A stretch of DNA of 64,000 nucleotides, from contig CAYPVH010000006.1 of assembly GCA_964414145.1 (NCBI GenBank), positions 16,357 through 80,356 of the forward strand, in the 5' to 3' direction. The position numbers were made by a program, and so were the translations under genes. This document shows positions 47,720-58,509 of the stretch, piece by piece (the first letter of the stretch is position 1; every line of letters starts with the position of its first letter). The DNA comes from an uncultured Gammaproteobacteria bacterium (GTDB lineage Bacteria; Patescibacteriota; Microgenomatia; UBA1406). The notes beneath the pieces are model-generated. The model was not told the origin of the DNA, searched no databases, and worked only from the letters and a program-made list of their open reading frames with translations.

Positions 47720-49111
47720 ATGGAAATAAATTTACCCATAAAAGCAAAAAAAATAATAACATTTTTTGAGAAAAATGGTTTTAGTTGCTATGTTGTTGGC
47801 GGCTTTATTAGAGACAGTTTAATTACAAACAAAGTAGCTGATAATTCAAGTATTGATTTTGCCACAAACGCCACACCGGAAGAAATGTTAAAAATTTTAC
47901 CTGAAGGAAAGTATGAAAACCGCTTTGGTACCGTTATTTTTTCTCTAAAAAAAATAGGCGAGAAAATCGGACTGACTAAAAAGGATTTTAACGAAGAGGA
48001 TATTTTTGAGATTACAACATTTCGTTCTGAAGATAACTACATAGATCATCGCCATCCGGATAAAGTTAATTGGGGCAACTCCATAGAAGAGGATTTAGAA
48101 AGAAGAGATTTTACCATTAATGCTATTGCTTATAACAAAAGTGCATTAATTGACCCGTTTAAAGGAATAAACGACATAAAAGAAAAAACTATTAAGGCTG
48201 TTGGTAACCCTTTGGTGCGCTTTAAAGAAGACGCTCTGCGAATGTTAAGAGCGGTTCGTTTTGCCTGTACACTAGACTTTACTATTGAAGAAAAAACATT
48301 ATTTGCTATTGACCAAAGCAGTCAACTGTTAAAAAATATAAGTTTTGAAAGAATTAGAGACGAGTTTTTTAAAATACTGAGTTCGGAAAGACCAGATAAA
48401 GGTGTATTGCTTTTGAGAAAAGTAGGATTATTAAAAGAGTTTTTACCGGAACTAAATGCCACTTTTGGTGTTTCTCAGAAAAGCCCAAAAAGGCACCATA
48501 TATATGACGTTGGTACTCATTTGGTAAAAACCTTGGCAGCATGTGAACCAACCGACCCAATTGTTAGATTGGCATGCCTTTTGCACGACATTGGTAAAAG
48601 CCAGGTTAGAGAAGTTAATCAGGAAGGCATTGTTACTTTTTATAACCATGAAATTATTGGCACCGAAGTTGCTTACGAGATCGGTAAAAGACTTAGGCTT
48701 TCTAAAGCAGATCTACATCGATTAACCAAGTTGGTAAGATTTCATCAGTTTTCTGTTACTGAAAAACAGACCGATAAAGCAATTCGTCGCTTTATTCGGC
48801 AAGTTGGCAAAGAAAATTTAAATGATATGTTAAGCTTGCGTACAGCAGATCGCATTGGCTCTGGTGCTACACCCACTTCCTGGAGAACCAATCTTTTTAA
48901 AGAAAAGTTAATTGAAGTACAAAAAAAACCATTTATAGTTTCTGATTTAAAAATCAATGGCTTAGATGTTATGAGGGTATTTAAGATTAAACCTGGCCCA
49001 GAAGTTGGTAGAATACTTAATAATACTTTCGAAGAGGTTGCTAACAACAACCTTGAAAACAAGAAAACAACACTGCTTAAATACTTAGAAAAGCTAAAAA
49101 AGGATTCTTAA
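47720..49111 (+). CDS. cca: CCA-adding tRNA nucleotidyltransferase with HD domain
   Basis: VGGFIRD, RRDFTINA, EDALRMLR, LLHDIGK. Confidence 0.9.
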   Translation: MEINLPIKAKKIITFFEKNGFSCYVVGGFIRDSLITNKVADNSSIDFATNATPEEMLKILPEGKYENRFGTVIFSLKKIGEKIGLTKKDFNEEDIFEITTFRSEDNYIDHRHPDKVNWGNSIEEDLERRDFTINAIAYNKSALIDPFKGINDIKEKTIKAVGNPLVRFKEDALRMLRAVRFACTLDFTIEEKTLFAIDQSSQLLKNISFERIRDEFFKILSSERPDKGVLLLRKVGLLKEFLPELNATFGVSQKSPKRHHIYDVGTHLVKTLAACEPTDPIVRLACLLHDIGKSQVREVNQEGIVTFYNHEIIGTEVAYEIGKRLRLSKADLHRLTKLVRFHQFSVTEKQTDKAIRRFIRQVGKENLNDMLSLRTADRIGSGATPTSWRTNLFKEKLIEVQKKPFIVSDLKINGLDVMRVFKIKPGPEVGRILNNTFEEVANNNLENKKTTLLKYLEKLKKDS

Positions 49112-49335
49112 ATTTTAGCGACCGCTTTTTTTAGCTCATCTACCAAATCGATAGGAACATTTACACCTTTTTTCGTTGGGATTTCTGTTCCGTCTTCTGT
49201 AATTACATAGGTACGAATATCTACATAATCCTTGCCTTTGAAAGTGGATTTTCGCACCTTTATAACCTCGCGCTCATTTTTAGGAAATGTGGCGATTATA
49301 CCTTCGTCTTTTTCTTGCACATCTTTGTCTGTCAT
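49108..49335 (-). CDS. PC4/YdbC-like ssDNA-binding protein
   Basis: FKGKDYVDIRTY...PTKKGV. Confidence 0.85.
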   Translation of the reverse strand: MTDKDVQEKDEGIIATFPKNEREVIKVRKSTFKGKDYVDIRTYVITEDGTEIPTKKGVNVPIDLVDELKKAVAKI

Positions 49336-49414
49336 AAATTGTTTATTAACTGTTAATTGTGAATAGTTTATATATATTAATTATTTTTCTCAACTTATTA
49401 TTATGCTCAATAAT

Positions 49415-50497
49415 TTAAGAAACAACCTGTCGACAAGTTTCTAGTATTTGCTCTGCTGTTTTTTCCCACGAAAATATTTTAAGTCTTGCTGTTCCCTTCG
49501 AAATTAATTCATTTTTTTTGCTTTCTACTATTTTCATTTTATTAACAAGGTCGGAAACATTTTCGGGTTCAAAATATAAAGCAGCGTTGCCGGCAATTTC
49601 AGGTAGTGCTCCACTATTAGATGCAATGACGGGTACTTTGTGTAAATATGCTTCAAGAAGAGGTAAACCAAAACCTTCGTAAAACCCGGGCATAATTAAT
49701 GCTGACGCCCGGTTAAGCAAATTAGCCTTTTTTTCTTCACTTAGGTAATCTGTAAAAATTACTTTGTCGGTTAACTTTCTTTGTTTAACCAAGTTAAATA
49801 TTTCAGTGTATAACCAGCCCTTTTTACCGACAATGTAAAAATTGTAGTTTGGTTTATTTTGTATAAACCGATGAAAGGCTAAAATGGTGTTTTCCAGATT
49901 TTTTCGGGGTTGGATTGTGCCAATGTATATAAAATATGGTTTCTTTTGGGCTTGCTCGTTAGTGCTGTTAATAGAAGTTTTTTGATCGAATCCATTATGA
50001 ATTACCCTTATCTTTTCTTCTTTAATATTATAATTTTTTATTATGTCTTCTTTGGTATTATTTGAAACCGCAATTATTCTGCTGGCTTTTTTTACTGAGT
50101 ATGCTGTCCAATTTTTTAGCTGATATAAGTCTTTTGATAAAAAACTTTCTGGATAATAAAAATAAGACAGGTCATGAATAACAACGACAGACTTACAAAA
50201 ACAGACGCGGGGTAAATAATGTGCCAATGCTAAAAATACATCAATATTTTTATGAAATAGAAATAGGTGTAAAGGTAAATCCAACTGGCTCCATATAGTT
50301 TTTTTAGGAATAATAATATACTTAAAATATTTTGACTCAGTTGGTAGATCAGAATGTGGACTTTCTTTAAGAAAAATGTGTAAAGTACAACTGCTATTTG
50401 CCTGTTTTTTAAACTGATGTAGTAGATGATAGGCATACCAAGAAACCCCAACTCTATTTGCAACATTGGCTTCGTTACCATCAATTCCAATTATCAT
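49415..50497 (-). CDS. GT4 glycosyltransferase
   Basis: IHDL, PRKN, EGFGLPLLEA. Confidence 0.92.
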   Translation of the reverse strand: MIIGIDGNEANVANRVGVSWYAYHLLHQFKKQANSSCTLHIFLKESPHSDLPTESKYFKYIIIPKKTIWSQLDLPLHLFLFHKNIDVFLALAHYLPRVCFCKSVVVIHDLSYFYYPESFLSKDLYQLKNWTAYSVKKASRIIAVSNNTKEDIIKNYNIKEEKIRVIHNGFDQKTSINSTNEQAQKKPYFIYIGTIQPRKNLENTILAFHRFIQNKPNYNFYIVGKKGWLYTEIFNLVKQRKLTDKVIFTDYLSEEKKANLLNRASALIMPGFYEGFGLPLLEAYLHKVPVIASNSGALPEIAGNAALYFEPENVSDLVNKMKIVESKKNELISKGTARLKIFSWEKTAEQILETCRQVVS

Positions 50498-50503
50498 TTT
50501 TAT

Positions 50504-51598
50504 TTAATAAGCAGATAGCGCTTCTTCTATTTGCTTAAAACTATTATTCCAACTAAATTTGATTGCTGCCTTCTTTCCTTTGATTGATAAGTTTTTCCTT
50601 AATTGTTGATCTGTACTTAATTTAATTATTGCTTGGCTTATATCTGCTGTGCTTTCAGGATTAAAAAGATATGCGGCGCCATTACTACCAATTTCTTTGA
50701 GTGAAGAGTTATTGGAAGCGGCGGTTGCTGCCCCAAGCTGCATTGCCTCGATTAATGGATAACCAAAACCTTCCCAAATGGAAGGCATAATAAAAAAAAG
50801 GGCAGATTTATAAAGCGAAAAAAGAGCTTTATCGGGAACATGTCCAAGAAAATGAATATTATTCTGCTTAGTATTCAACTGTTGCCAACCCGCTTGACCA
50901 ACAACAACCAAATCTATGCCCGATAGTTGCGCGTTAGTAAACGCCTCAATAAGACGCTTTATATTTTTTCTGGGTTCAATTTTTCCTACCGTTAGTATGA
51001 AAGGCTTTTTTAGTTTGTAACTAAAACGCGTTTTTTCTTGTTCTTTCTGACTTGGTTCATAAGTTGATACACCCGGGTAGACCACTTTAATTTTTTTTTC
51101 ACTGATGTTTAAAAAATTTATTATATCTGCTTTTGTACTTTCTGAGTCGGCAAAAATAAGGTTGGATTCTTTACAAACATGAATAAACCGGCTTTGCTGA
51201 GTTTTAAGAATTTTCCACTCTACCGTTTCTGGGTAGCGCAGAAAAGCCAGGTCGTGTACAACCGTTGCTTTTTTGACACATTTAGTTGGTGGTTCGGTCC
51301 AGTCTGACGTGATAAACCAGTCAAGCGGGCCGGTAAAAGTTTCAAGATCAATAATATGTAGCCGGTTCCAAATAAAAGACAGAGCAGTTGGTGGCAGTGG
51401 TAATTTATAAATGCTTAAACCCTTCTCTTTAATTTCAGATTTCAGCTGACTGCTAATTTTTTTTCGAAAGGAAGAATAAAAAAAAGACCAGTCGTTATTT
51501 GTATTACTATTAAGTATCGCCTTCACCAATCCTTCGGTGTACCTGGCCACTCCTGTTCCCTTATATACGATTTGTGAAATATCTATGGCAATTTTCAT
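50504..51598 (-). CDS. GT4 glycosyltransferase
   Basis: VHDL, EPRKN, EGFGYPLIEAM. Confidence 0.92.
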   Translation of the reverse strand: MKIAIDISQIVYKGTGVARYTEGLVKAILNSNTNNDWSFFYSSFRKKISSQLKSEIKEKGLSIYKLPLPPTALSFIWNRLHIIDLETFTGPLDWFITSDWTEPPTKCVKKATVVHDLAFLRYPETVEWKILKTQQSRFIHVCKESNLIFADSESTKADIINFLNISEKKIKVVYPGVSTYEPSQKEQEKTRFSYKLKKPFILTVGKIEPRKNIKRLIEAFTNAQLSGIDLVVVGQAGWQQLNTKQNNIHFLGHVPDKALFSLYKSALFFIMPSIWEGFGYPLIEAMQLGAATAASNNSSLKEIGSNGAAYLFNPESTADISQAIIKLSTDQQLRKNLSIKGKKAAIKFSWNNSFKQIEEALSAY

Positions 51599-51600
51599 GT

Positions 51601-52800
51601 TTAGGTTCTGATTTTTTTATACTCCGCTTCCAGTTTTTTAGCAATGCTCTTCCAACTATAAGTTTCCCTAACTAAATTATAGGCGTTCTTTTGAATTTGA
51701 TTAAAAAGCTTTTGATTATTTAATATTTCTTTGATTTCATTGGCAAATTGTTCCGGATTATTTGCCAACAATACATTTTTTTTGTTTTCAAGACCCAAAC
51801 CTTCAACACCTGTTGTGGTTGAGATAATTGGAAGCCCGGCTGCCATTGCCGCCAAAATTTTTAGTCTGGTACCACCCGGCCCGTATATGGGTGAAGCAAA
51901 AACAGTAGCTTCTTGATATAGTTTTTTTACAGTTTTTATATCGTTTGGCTCAATATTAACTATTTCCATATTTGCTGTACTTTGATATTTAAGTTTATTT
52001 TTTGCGTTTTGCCCAGCCACTACCAGTTTAATTTTCTTATTCTTTATTTGTTTAATTAATGGATAGATTTCTTTTATTAAAATTGTTGCCGCTTCTACGT
52101 TTTGTAACCAATAAAAATTGCCAATGAATAAGATAACTGCTTTATTTAAGTTTTTCTTTCTTAGGGGAATTTGAAGCATGTCGTCGCCGGCCCCATTTGG
52201 AATAGTTACCGGATTAATATTTTTTTCTAAAGAAATTATCTTCTTACGATCTTCCTCCGACACCGCCGCAACTAGGCTAGCCTTTTGCCAATAAAAACGT
52301 TCCCAATATATAAGTTTTAAAATATCCATGTAAAAAAGAGGTTGTATAAATATAGGCAAGGTTTTTACAAAGTGTTGATAAACTTTGTACTCGATAGTCT
52401 GTTCTACTAAAACTATTGGCACCGTTGTTTTTGGCAAATGAGGCATTATATAAAATGTTTCGGCATGTATTACGTCATAAACTTCTTTTTTTAATAGTTT
52501 TTCTGCCGTTTCTTTGGCTTGCTCTGAAAAATTCCGAACAATTAAAAAGGGTTTGGCAGAAAATATTGCACCACTAATATTTTTTAGTTGCCAAGGATTT
52601 TCGGCACGCTTACATAGATAAATTTCGTGACAATATTTTTTAAGATACTGTACATATTCTCGCTCATACTCAAACTTATAAAGAGAAATCAGGGTAATCT
52701 TATGTTTCTGACTTAAGTATTTTAGCAAGTTATATGTTCTGATTTGACCGCCACTCGAGGGCGGGTAGGGTAAATAAGGAGTTAGCATTAAAATCTTCAT
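51601..52800 (-). CDS. GT4 glycosyltransferase
   Basis: PYPPSSGG, GGTRLKILAAMAAGLP. Confidence 0.9.
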   Translation of the reverse strand: MKILMLTPYLPYPPSSGGQIRTYNLLKYLSQKHKITLISLYKFEYEREYVQYLKKYCHEIYLCKRAENPWQLKNISGAIFSAKPFLIVRNFSEQAKETAEKLLKKEVYDVIHAETFYIMPHLPKTTVPIVLVEQTIEYKVYQHFVKTLPIFIQPLFYMDILKLIYWERFYWQKASLVAAVSEEDRKKIISLEKNINPVTIPNGAGDDMLQIPLRKKNLNKAVILFIGNFYWLQNVEAATILIKEIYPLIKQIKNKKIKLVVAGQNAKNKLKYQSTANMEIVNIEPNDIKTVKKLYQEATVFASPIYGPGGTRLKILAAMAAGLPIISTTTGVEGLGLENKKNVLLANNPEQFANEIKEILNNQKLFNQIQKNAYNLVRETYSWKSIAKKLEAEYKKIRT

Positions 52801-54233
52801 AATTTGAAGATTAAAACCTTATCATTTTCAAAAACCAAACCATAAGTGTCTTCAAGTTTTTCTTTGTAAGATAAATCAGCTGTTACGAAATAATCCGCGC
52901 CCTGTTTTTTTAAATCCGGAAACGGTTTATAAGGAGCGGGGTAACCGCGTCTGTCCGATAGGTAAAGTAAGGTTGTGTCTCCAGTTGTATCTGTTACTAA
53001 AACATCTGTTGGTTTAGTAAGTGACCGAATAACGTCTGCTACCAGTATTTGGTCATTATTCTGAAGGTAGTAATCTTTAACTTGGTAGTAAGAAAAAAAT
53101 ATAGATAAAACAAAAATAATTAAAACTCCAAAAATCCGCAGAAAAAGTGAACCAAAATTTTTTCGGCGAATAAAATCACCAATACCAACCCCAACTAGAA
53201 GTGCAATTGTTGGGGTAATAATAATCTGATAATAATCATGTTGTACATTGCCACCTTGAAAAGTAAAAAGATAAAATAAACTAGCAATTAAAAATGGTAT
53301 ATGCAATGGAATTTTATTTTTTACATTACCTACAAAGATTGCCATAAAAACAAATACAGTTAAATACCCACCCAGTATTAAGTTATTTATTCTTTCAAAA
53401 AATATCCATCGAAAAAAAGCCGGTCTAAAAAAAACAGTTTGTAAACCTCCCCCAGTGTTTACTGCAGTTAAAAGCCATTGGCTGGCAGGAATACCTTCCG
53501 GAAACTGTAAAATATAAAGCCGCCATAAAATAAGAGGTAGAAAAGCAATAATTGAAAAAACAAATAACAGGATTAATTTTTTATAGTTTTTGATATTTTT
53601 CCTTAATAGCAAATAAAGAAAAATAATCGAGTAGAATATGACTACCGGCTTAACAAGTAGCGCAAGAGCAAAAAGACCGGCCGACAACAAAAAATTATAA
53701 GCCCTGCCTTTTACAAACCGATAGAAAAAAAAGATAGCCAGCATTGTAAGCGAAATTGCCGGCATATCGGGTAATATAGAGCGGGAATAGTAAACAATAT
53801 ACGGTGCTACAGCGAAAAATAAGCCACCAAAAAATGCTTCCAGTTGCCCGTATTCTTTTTTAAGTAAATAATATATAACTGCCAATGAAGTAACCGATAA
53901 AATTGCAGTTGTTAGTCTTGCCCAAACTTCAAGAGAAAACAAACCAAGATATTGATAAAGAAAAGCAAATATACCGCTATAAAGTGGAAATTCTACAAAG
54001 CGTAAACCTTCGGGATTATCAAGGCCCGATTGTATATTTGATAAGTCGTAATACCTAGGTTTTAAAAATTTAAAACCGTTTTTAATTAAGAACCTGCCAA
54101 CAGCTGCCGTGTCGGTTTGCCGCCAAGAAAACCATTCCGTTAATGTGTTGTCTATTTTATAAAGTCGAAGTAAAAAGGCAATAATAACGAGTACTGCTAA
54201 AACCAATAATGTTAATCGATTTTTTTTACTCAT
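52797..54233 (-). CDS. ArnT/PMT-like (GT-C) membrane glycosyltransferase
   Basis: WRQTDT, EFPLY, multiple TMs, HDYY. Confidence 0.85.
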   Translation of the reverse strand: MSKKNRLTLLVLAVLVIIAFLLRLYKIDNTLTEWFSWRQTDTAAVGRFLIKNGFKFLKPRYYDLSNIQSGLDNPEGLRFVEFPLYSGIFAFLYQYLGLFSLEVWARLTTAILSVTSLAVIYYLLKKEYGQLEAFFGGLFFAVAPYIVYYSRSILPDMPAISLTMLAIFFFYRFVKGRAYNFLLSAGLFALALLVKPVVIFYSIIFLYLLLRKNIKNYKKLILLFVFSIIAFLPLILWRLYILQFPEGIPASQWLLTAVNTGGGLQTVFFRPAFFRWIFFERINNLILGGYLTVFVFMAIFVGNVKNKIPLHIPFLIASLFYLFTFQGGNVQHDYYQIIITPTIALLVGVGIGDFIRRKNFGSLFLRIFGVLIIFVLSIFFSYYQVKDYYLQNNDQILVADVIRSLTKPTDVLVTDTTGDTTLLYLSDRRGYPAPYKPFPDLKKQGADYFVTADLSYKEKLEDTYGLVFENDKVLIFKL

Positions 54234-55779
54234 TTGAAAAGACTTCTTTCAGCTGCGGTTTTTTGTAATTAGTTAATTTTAATGTTAACCCCCATAAAAA
54301 CCAAACCACAAATGCAACCTTAGACGCCTCAAATACATCAATGTACAGTGCATTAATAAGTAACGCCAAAATACCTGCAATAACACTTAAATAGAAAGCT
54401 CTGTATTCTTTTGATATTGATTTAAATTTTTTAAAGATTTTAATGGTTAAACTAAAAATAACAAAAAAGAATAAACCAAAACCCAACAACCCAACTTCAC
54501 CCAATGATCTCAAGAAATCATTATCTGTAGCTTCAGTAATTGATGATGGGCCAGTACCAATAAACGGATTTTTTAAGAAGGCTTTAATAGCCCTTGGCCA
54601 TTCAACCTGAAGCCGGGTGGCAAATGAAATATCGGGTAAAACCGAACTGACGGGGGAAAACTCGGCGAAAGCCTGATCGACTAAAGACTCCAGCTCACTT
54701 TCTGTAAGTACCTTCCCCGACCTTCTAGCTTGTTCGGCAATGCTGTTGCGAAGTTCTTTTTTTACCTGCTTTACTTCTTTGTCACTGCCTTGTTCACTAC
54801 TATCTGTACTTTTTTTATTTTTAATAACAAAGTCGCCGGGGGGTAAGTCGTTTGCCGTTATTTCTCTGGGAACAATGGTTTGACCACTTTCATTAACCCA
54901 GACCAATTCTTGCCTGAATGTTCGGTTAATTCTTTTGGTAAGGTCTTGTGAAATTGGAGTCAGCAAAAGTGTTGCCAAAATAACAAATACCAGTAATTTA
55001 AATTTTCTTAAATAAAGTAAAAGTAGTGGTACTGCCACAAGATAGGCAACAAAACTTGCACGCGAGGCGGTAAGTATTAAAGCAGTAAGAGCAGCGGTAA
55101 AGGCAATTAAGTACCATCTTTTTTTAGTACTTATATACATTCCCAGGGAAAGTGGCATTAATACAATTAGGTATGCTGCCAAGTCGTAATGACCACCGAA
55201 GGTTGAAGAAATACGGGCATTAGCGTCTAGTGTAAGCAAATAACCCTTAGCGTAATGAGGATTCATCGTTTGAATCGCCGGCCACCCCAAGTACTTTTGA
55301 CCAATACCATAAAGACTGACAATTAAAAGTACGAGAACCAAACTTTTTAAAAGCAATTTTGCTTGTTTAGGTAGGTTTACCGCTTGGTAAACAATAAAAA
55401 AGATAATCATATATTCGACACGCCTTAGGCTGTGCAGTAGCCCTAGCTCAAGAGTTTTAACTGTATTTAAAAAGTAAAAACCGACCATTGTAGAGACAAC
55501 TACCACAAGCCAAAAAAGAACTATTGGAAGAAATAAGGGGGTTTGCCAAAACTTGGTTTTATTTTTAAGAGTATCAAATAAAAAAACCAAAACAATCAAA
55601 GCGATAAACAAATCTTCAAAGCGAATTGCAATGTAAGTATAATTAATAGGTACAAGCGGTAGTTTAGGCCAAAGAGGGATAAAGAAAACATACAATAACA
55701 ACAGTAAGTGTATCAACCTAAAATTATAGCTTTTATATTTACTAATAAAACCACTAAACAAGTTTGTTAGCTTCTGCAT
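54226..55779 (-). CDS. O-antigen ligase family protein
   Basis: RISSTFG, LTASR, PFIGTG, DNDFLRSLGEVG. Confidence 0.85.
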   Translation of the reverse strand: MQKLTNLFSGFISKYKSYNFRLIHLLLLLYVFFIPLWPKLPLVPINYTYIAIRFEDLFIALIVLVFLFDTLKNKTKFWQTPLFLPIVLFWLVVVVSTMVGFYFLNTVKTLELGLLHSLRRVEYMIIFFIVYQAVNLPKQAKLLLKSLVLVLLIVSLYGIGQKYLGWPAIQTMNPHYAKGYLLTLDANARISSTFGGHYDLAAYLIVLMPLSLGMYISTKKRWYLIAFTAALTALILTASRASFVAYLVAVPLLLLYLRKFKLLVFVILATLLLTPISQDLTKRINRTFRQELVWVNESGQTIVPREITANDLPPGDFVIKNKKSTDSSEQGSDKEVKQVKKELRNSIAEQARRSGKVLTESELESLVDQAFAEFSPVSSVLPDISFATRLQVEWPRAIKAFLKNPFIGTGPSSITEATDNDFLRSLGEVGLLGFGLFFFVIFSLTIKIFKKFKSISKEYRAFYLSVIAGILALLINALYIDVFEASKVAFVVWFLWGLTLKLTNYKKPQLKEVFSNE

Positions 55780-56626
55780 AAGTTTCTTTTAAATATTTAT
55801 TGTTTATAAACGCTCCTAAAGTATAACCGACCATAGCCTTAGTTTTCAACAATAGCTTTAGTATATAGTTTTCATTTTTATTATGGTGCTTTTGATAAAA
55901 ATAAATAAAGCCCTTGTATACATTTATGATTGGCTCTTTGCGACCCTGGCTAGAGGCACTACCATAATGAAGTACCTTAGCGCCGGGATAGAAACCAACC
56001 TGATAACCTATTTTTCTTGCCCGATAAAAAAGATCTATTTCTTCCATATACATGAATATGTTTTCATCAAAGCCACCGACCGCATTATAATACTTTTTTT
56101 TGGTAATAAAACAGGCCCCCGAAACCCAGTCTACAGCTCGACTTTTATTTGGTGAATAACGGGTAATGCCAAAATAGTCACCCTTTAAAAACAGGGCAAC
56201 AAAAATTATCAATAATGAGTAAAAAGGCCCGGCTGAATACTGAACAGTTAAATCCTTGTTAAATAACTTGGGCCCGATAAACTGGTACCGAGCCTCTGTT
56301 TTTAAAAAATAATCATAGAGCTTGAATATGCCATTATTAATGATTTTCGTGTCTGAATTTAGAAAAACCAACACTTCCCCACTAGCCTTTTTAACCAGAT
56401 AATTATTGCCTTTTCCAAACCCCAAATTTTCTTTAAGAGCAAAGAGTTTTACTTTGTTTTTAAACTCTTTTTTTATAGAAGAAACGCTATTGTCTGTTGA
56501 ATTATTGTCTAGAAGCAATACTTCGTACTTTATTTTTGTGTCTTTTAAGCTTTTAAATAAGGACCGCAGTGCATCGAGTGTTAGTTTTTTGGTATTATAA
56601 GAAATTATGAGAATCGATAAGTCCAT
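55754..56626 (-). CDS. GT2 glycosyltransferase
   Basis: NLGFGKGNN, FLNSD, GGFDENIFMYMEE. Confidence 0.92.
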   Translation of the reverse strand: MDLSILIISYNTKKLTLDALRSLFKSLKDTKIKYEVLLLDNNSTDNSVSSIKKEFKNKVKLFALKENLGFGKGNNYLVKKASGEVLVFLNSDTKIINNGIFKLYDYFLKTEARYQFIGPKLFNKDLTVQYSAGPFYSLLIIFVALFLKGDYFGITRYSPNKSRAVDWVSGACFITKKKYYNAVGGFDENIFMYMEEIDLFYRARKIGYQVGFYPGAKVLHYGSASSQGRKEPIINVYKGFIYFYQKHHNKNENYILKLLLKTKAMVGYTLGAFINNKYLKETYAEANKLV

Positions 56627-57827
56627 AATAGCTTATTTTAACAGATATTTGCCAATTCTATTAGTCTTTATTACCAGTAGTTTAGTTATTTTTACCCTAT
56701 TCCCCAACATTCCCAAGAATGTTTCTTTTGATGAAATCGAATTTACAAAATTAGCATTATCTTTAGAAAATAAATTTAGCCTGTTTTCTAAAGAAGCTAC
56801 CGGTCACGCTACCCCATATTTTTACTTAATATTAGTCTCGCTTAAAATTTTTGGAGTTAATTTGTTTGCGCTTCGCCTGCCCGCTGCCATATTTGCAATT
56901 CTAAATTCACTTTTAGTGTTCTTGTTACTTAAGCTGCATTTTAAAAAGCAGACCGCCTTTTTTGGTGCCTTTATTTTTTCAACATTAAGATGGGCTTTTA
57001 GTTTTGGTAGATTTTCATTTGAAGCCACTTACTTATTTTTTTGGGAACTATTGAGTGTTTATACAATCTATATTTTTGTGAAAAAGAAAAACAAATTATT
57101 TTTGGTACTTTCCATTGTTGCCACCATTTTGGCTTTCTATTCTTATTTACCAGGAAGAATATTCTTTTTAGTTCCTTTGGCATATTTGCTTTTCAATAAA
57201 AAATATCAGTCGGCAATAATATTCATAGTTTTTGTGGTATTGGCTGCTTCACCACTTATCCATAGCAGTAGAATTGAAAGCCGAGTAGACAGCTTAACTT
57301 TTATTACAGATAATGCTTTGGCTTTAAGCAGTAAAGCTTTGTATTTTATTGAAAACGTATGGAAAACCTTACTAATGTTTAGTTTTAAGGGTGACTTAAA
57401 CGGTAGACATAATTATCCGGGCAAAAGCGCATTAAACCCACTACTGGGTATATCAATGTTGTTTGGGTTATTTTTGGTATTAAGAAAAAGAGATAAAAAC
57501 AATTCTTTGATATTATTTTGGCTGGTTGTTTCTATTTTCCCGGCACTCTTGACTTACCCAGTAGAGAACCCACATTTTTTACGAACCTATACTTCAATTT
57601 TTGCAGTTATTTTTTTGATTAGCACTTCCATTAATACTTTTATTTTAAAAAACAAGAAACGATTATGTTTGTGGGTTTTTATATTATTGATCTTAGCTTC
57701 CTCGATATACGAGCTTAGAACCTACTTTTATTATCAGCCAAAGGTATTTAAAAACGCATTTGAATTCAAGGCAAGTGATCTTGAAAAGTTTAGTAATCAA
57801 GAATTTTCGACTATACCTAAAAAGTGA
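56607..57827 (+). CDS. ArnT/PMT-like membrane glycosyltransferase
   Basis: FDE motif, FALRLPAA, many TMs; start uncertain (overlaps divergent GT2). Confidence 0.8.
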   Translation: MRIDKSIIAYFNRYLPILLVFITSSLVIFTLFPNIPKNVSFDEIEFTKLALSLENKFSLFSKEATGHATPYFYLILVSLKIFGVNLFALRLPAAIFAILNSLLVFLLLKLHFKKQTAFFGAFIFSTLRWAFSFGRFSFEATYLFFWELLSVYTIYIFVKKKNKLFLVLSIVATILAFYSYLPGRIFFLVPLAYLLFNKKYQSAIIFIVFVVLAASPLIHSSRIESRVDSLTFITDNALALSSKALYFIENVWKTLLMFSFKGDLNGRHNYPGKSALNPLLGISMLFGLFLVLRKRDKNNSLILFWLVVSIFPALLTYPVENPHFLRTYTSIFAVIFLISTSINTFILKNKKRLCLWVFILLILASSIYELRTYFYYQPKVFKNAFEFKASDLEKFSNQEFSTIPKK

Positions 57828-58453
57828 CCAACATCAAGTGACGCTTTTCCAACCAAAACTCCATCAAAACCGGCAGCACTAAAATTAAGCACATTACCTT
57901 CGTTAACACTGCCCCCATAAAACACTTTCTGAGCTGGTAAATCCTTTTGAATATTGCTAACCTTTTCAAAACTATTATACGGGTCTTCTGCAATACCGGT
58001 TCCTATTGCTGCAGTGGGTTCGTAAGCTAAGGCGTAAATTTGACCGATATATTTTTCCATTTTTTCAATACAAAGAATTACCGGAATTTGATAAAGGTTA
58101 GCCAACTTTATTTTTTGCTGAATTTGTTCAAAACTTTCTGCTCTGTTAATACGACGTTCAGAATGACCAATCAGCACAAAGCTAACAATGTCTGCCAACA
58201 TTGGAGCCGTAACTTCACCGGTATACTGGCCCTTTTCAAATGCCGAAACATCTTGAGCGCCAATAAAAACATTGCTTAAGTTTTTCAGCTCTTTGGCAAA
58301 TAACATTAGATATGGAAAAGGTGGGCAAATTATTATTTGTTTTTCTTTTGTGTTGTATGAAGAAAATTTGTTTTTAAATTCTGTTATCCAGTTATGGATT
58401 TCTTTTGTGTCTTGTACTGCTTTTAAATTGGCGATAATTGTTTTGATCTGCAT
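57797..58453 (-). CDS. tpiA: Triosephosphate isomerase
   Basis: ANLK, GHSERR, AYEP..AIGTG, YGGSV. Confidence 0.93.
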   Translation of the reverse strand: MQIKTIIANLKAVQDTKEIHNWITEFKNKFSSYNTKEKQIIICPPFPYLMLFAKELKNLSNVFIGAQDVSAFEKGQYTGEVTAPMLADIVSFVLIGHSERRINRAESFEQIQQKIKLANLYQIPVILCIEKMEKYIGQIYALAYEPTAAIGTGIAEDPYNSFEKVSNIQKDLPAQKVFYGGSVNEGNVLNFSAAGFDGVLVGKASLDVGHFLGIVENS

Positions 58454-58509
58454 TTGTTAAGATATTAAATACATTTAAACTCTTATAAAGAATAATATCA
58501 AATTTAACT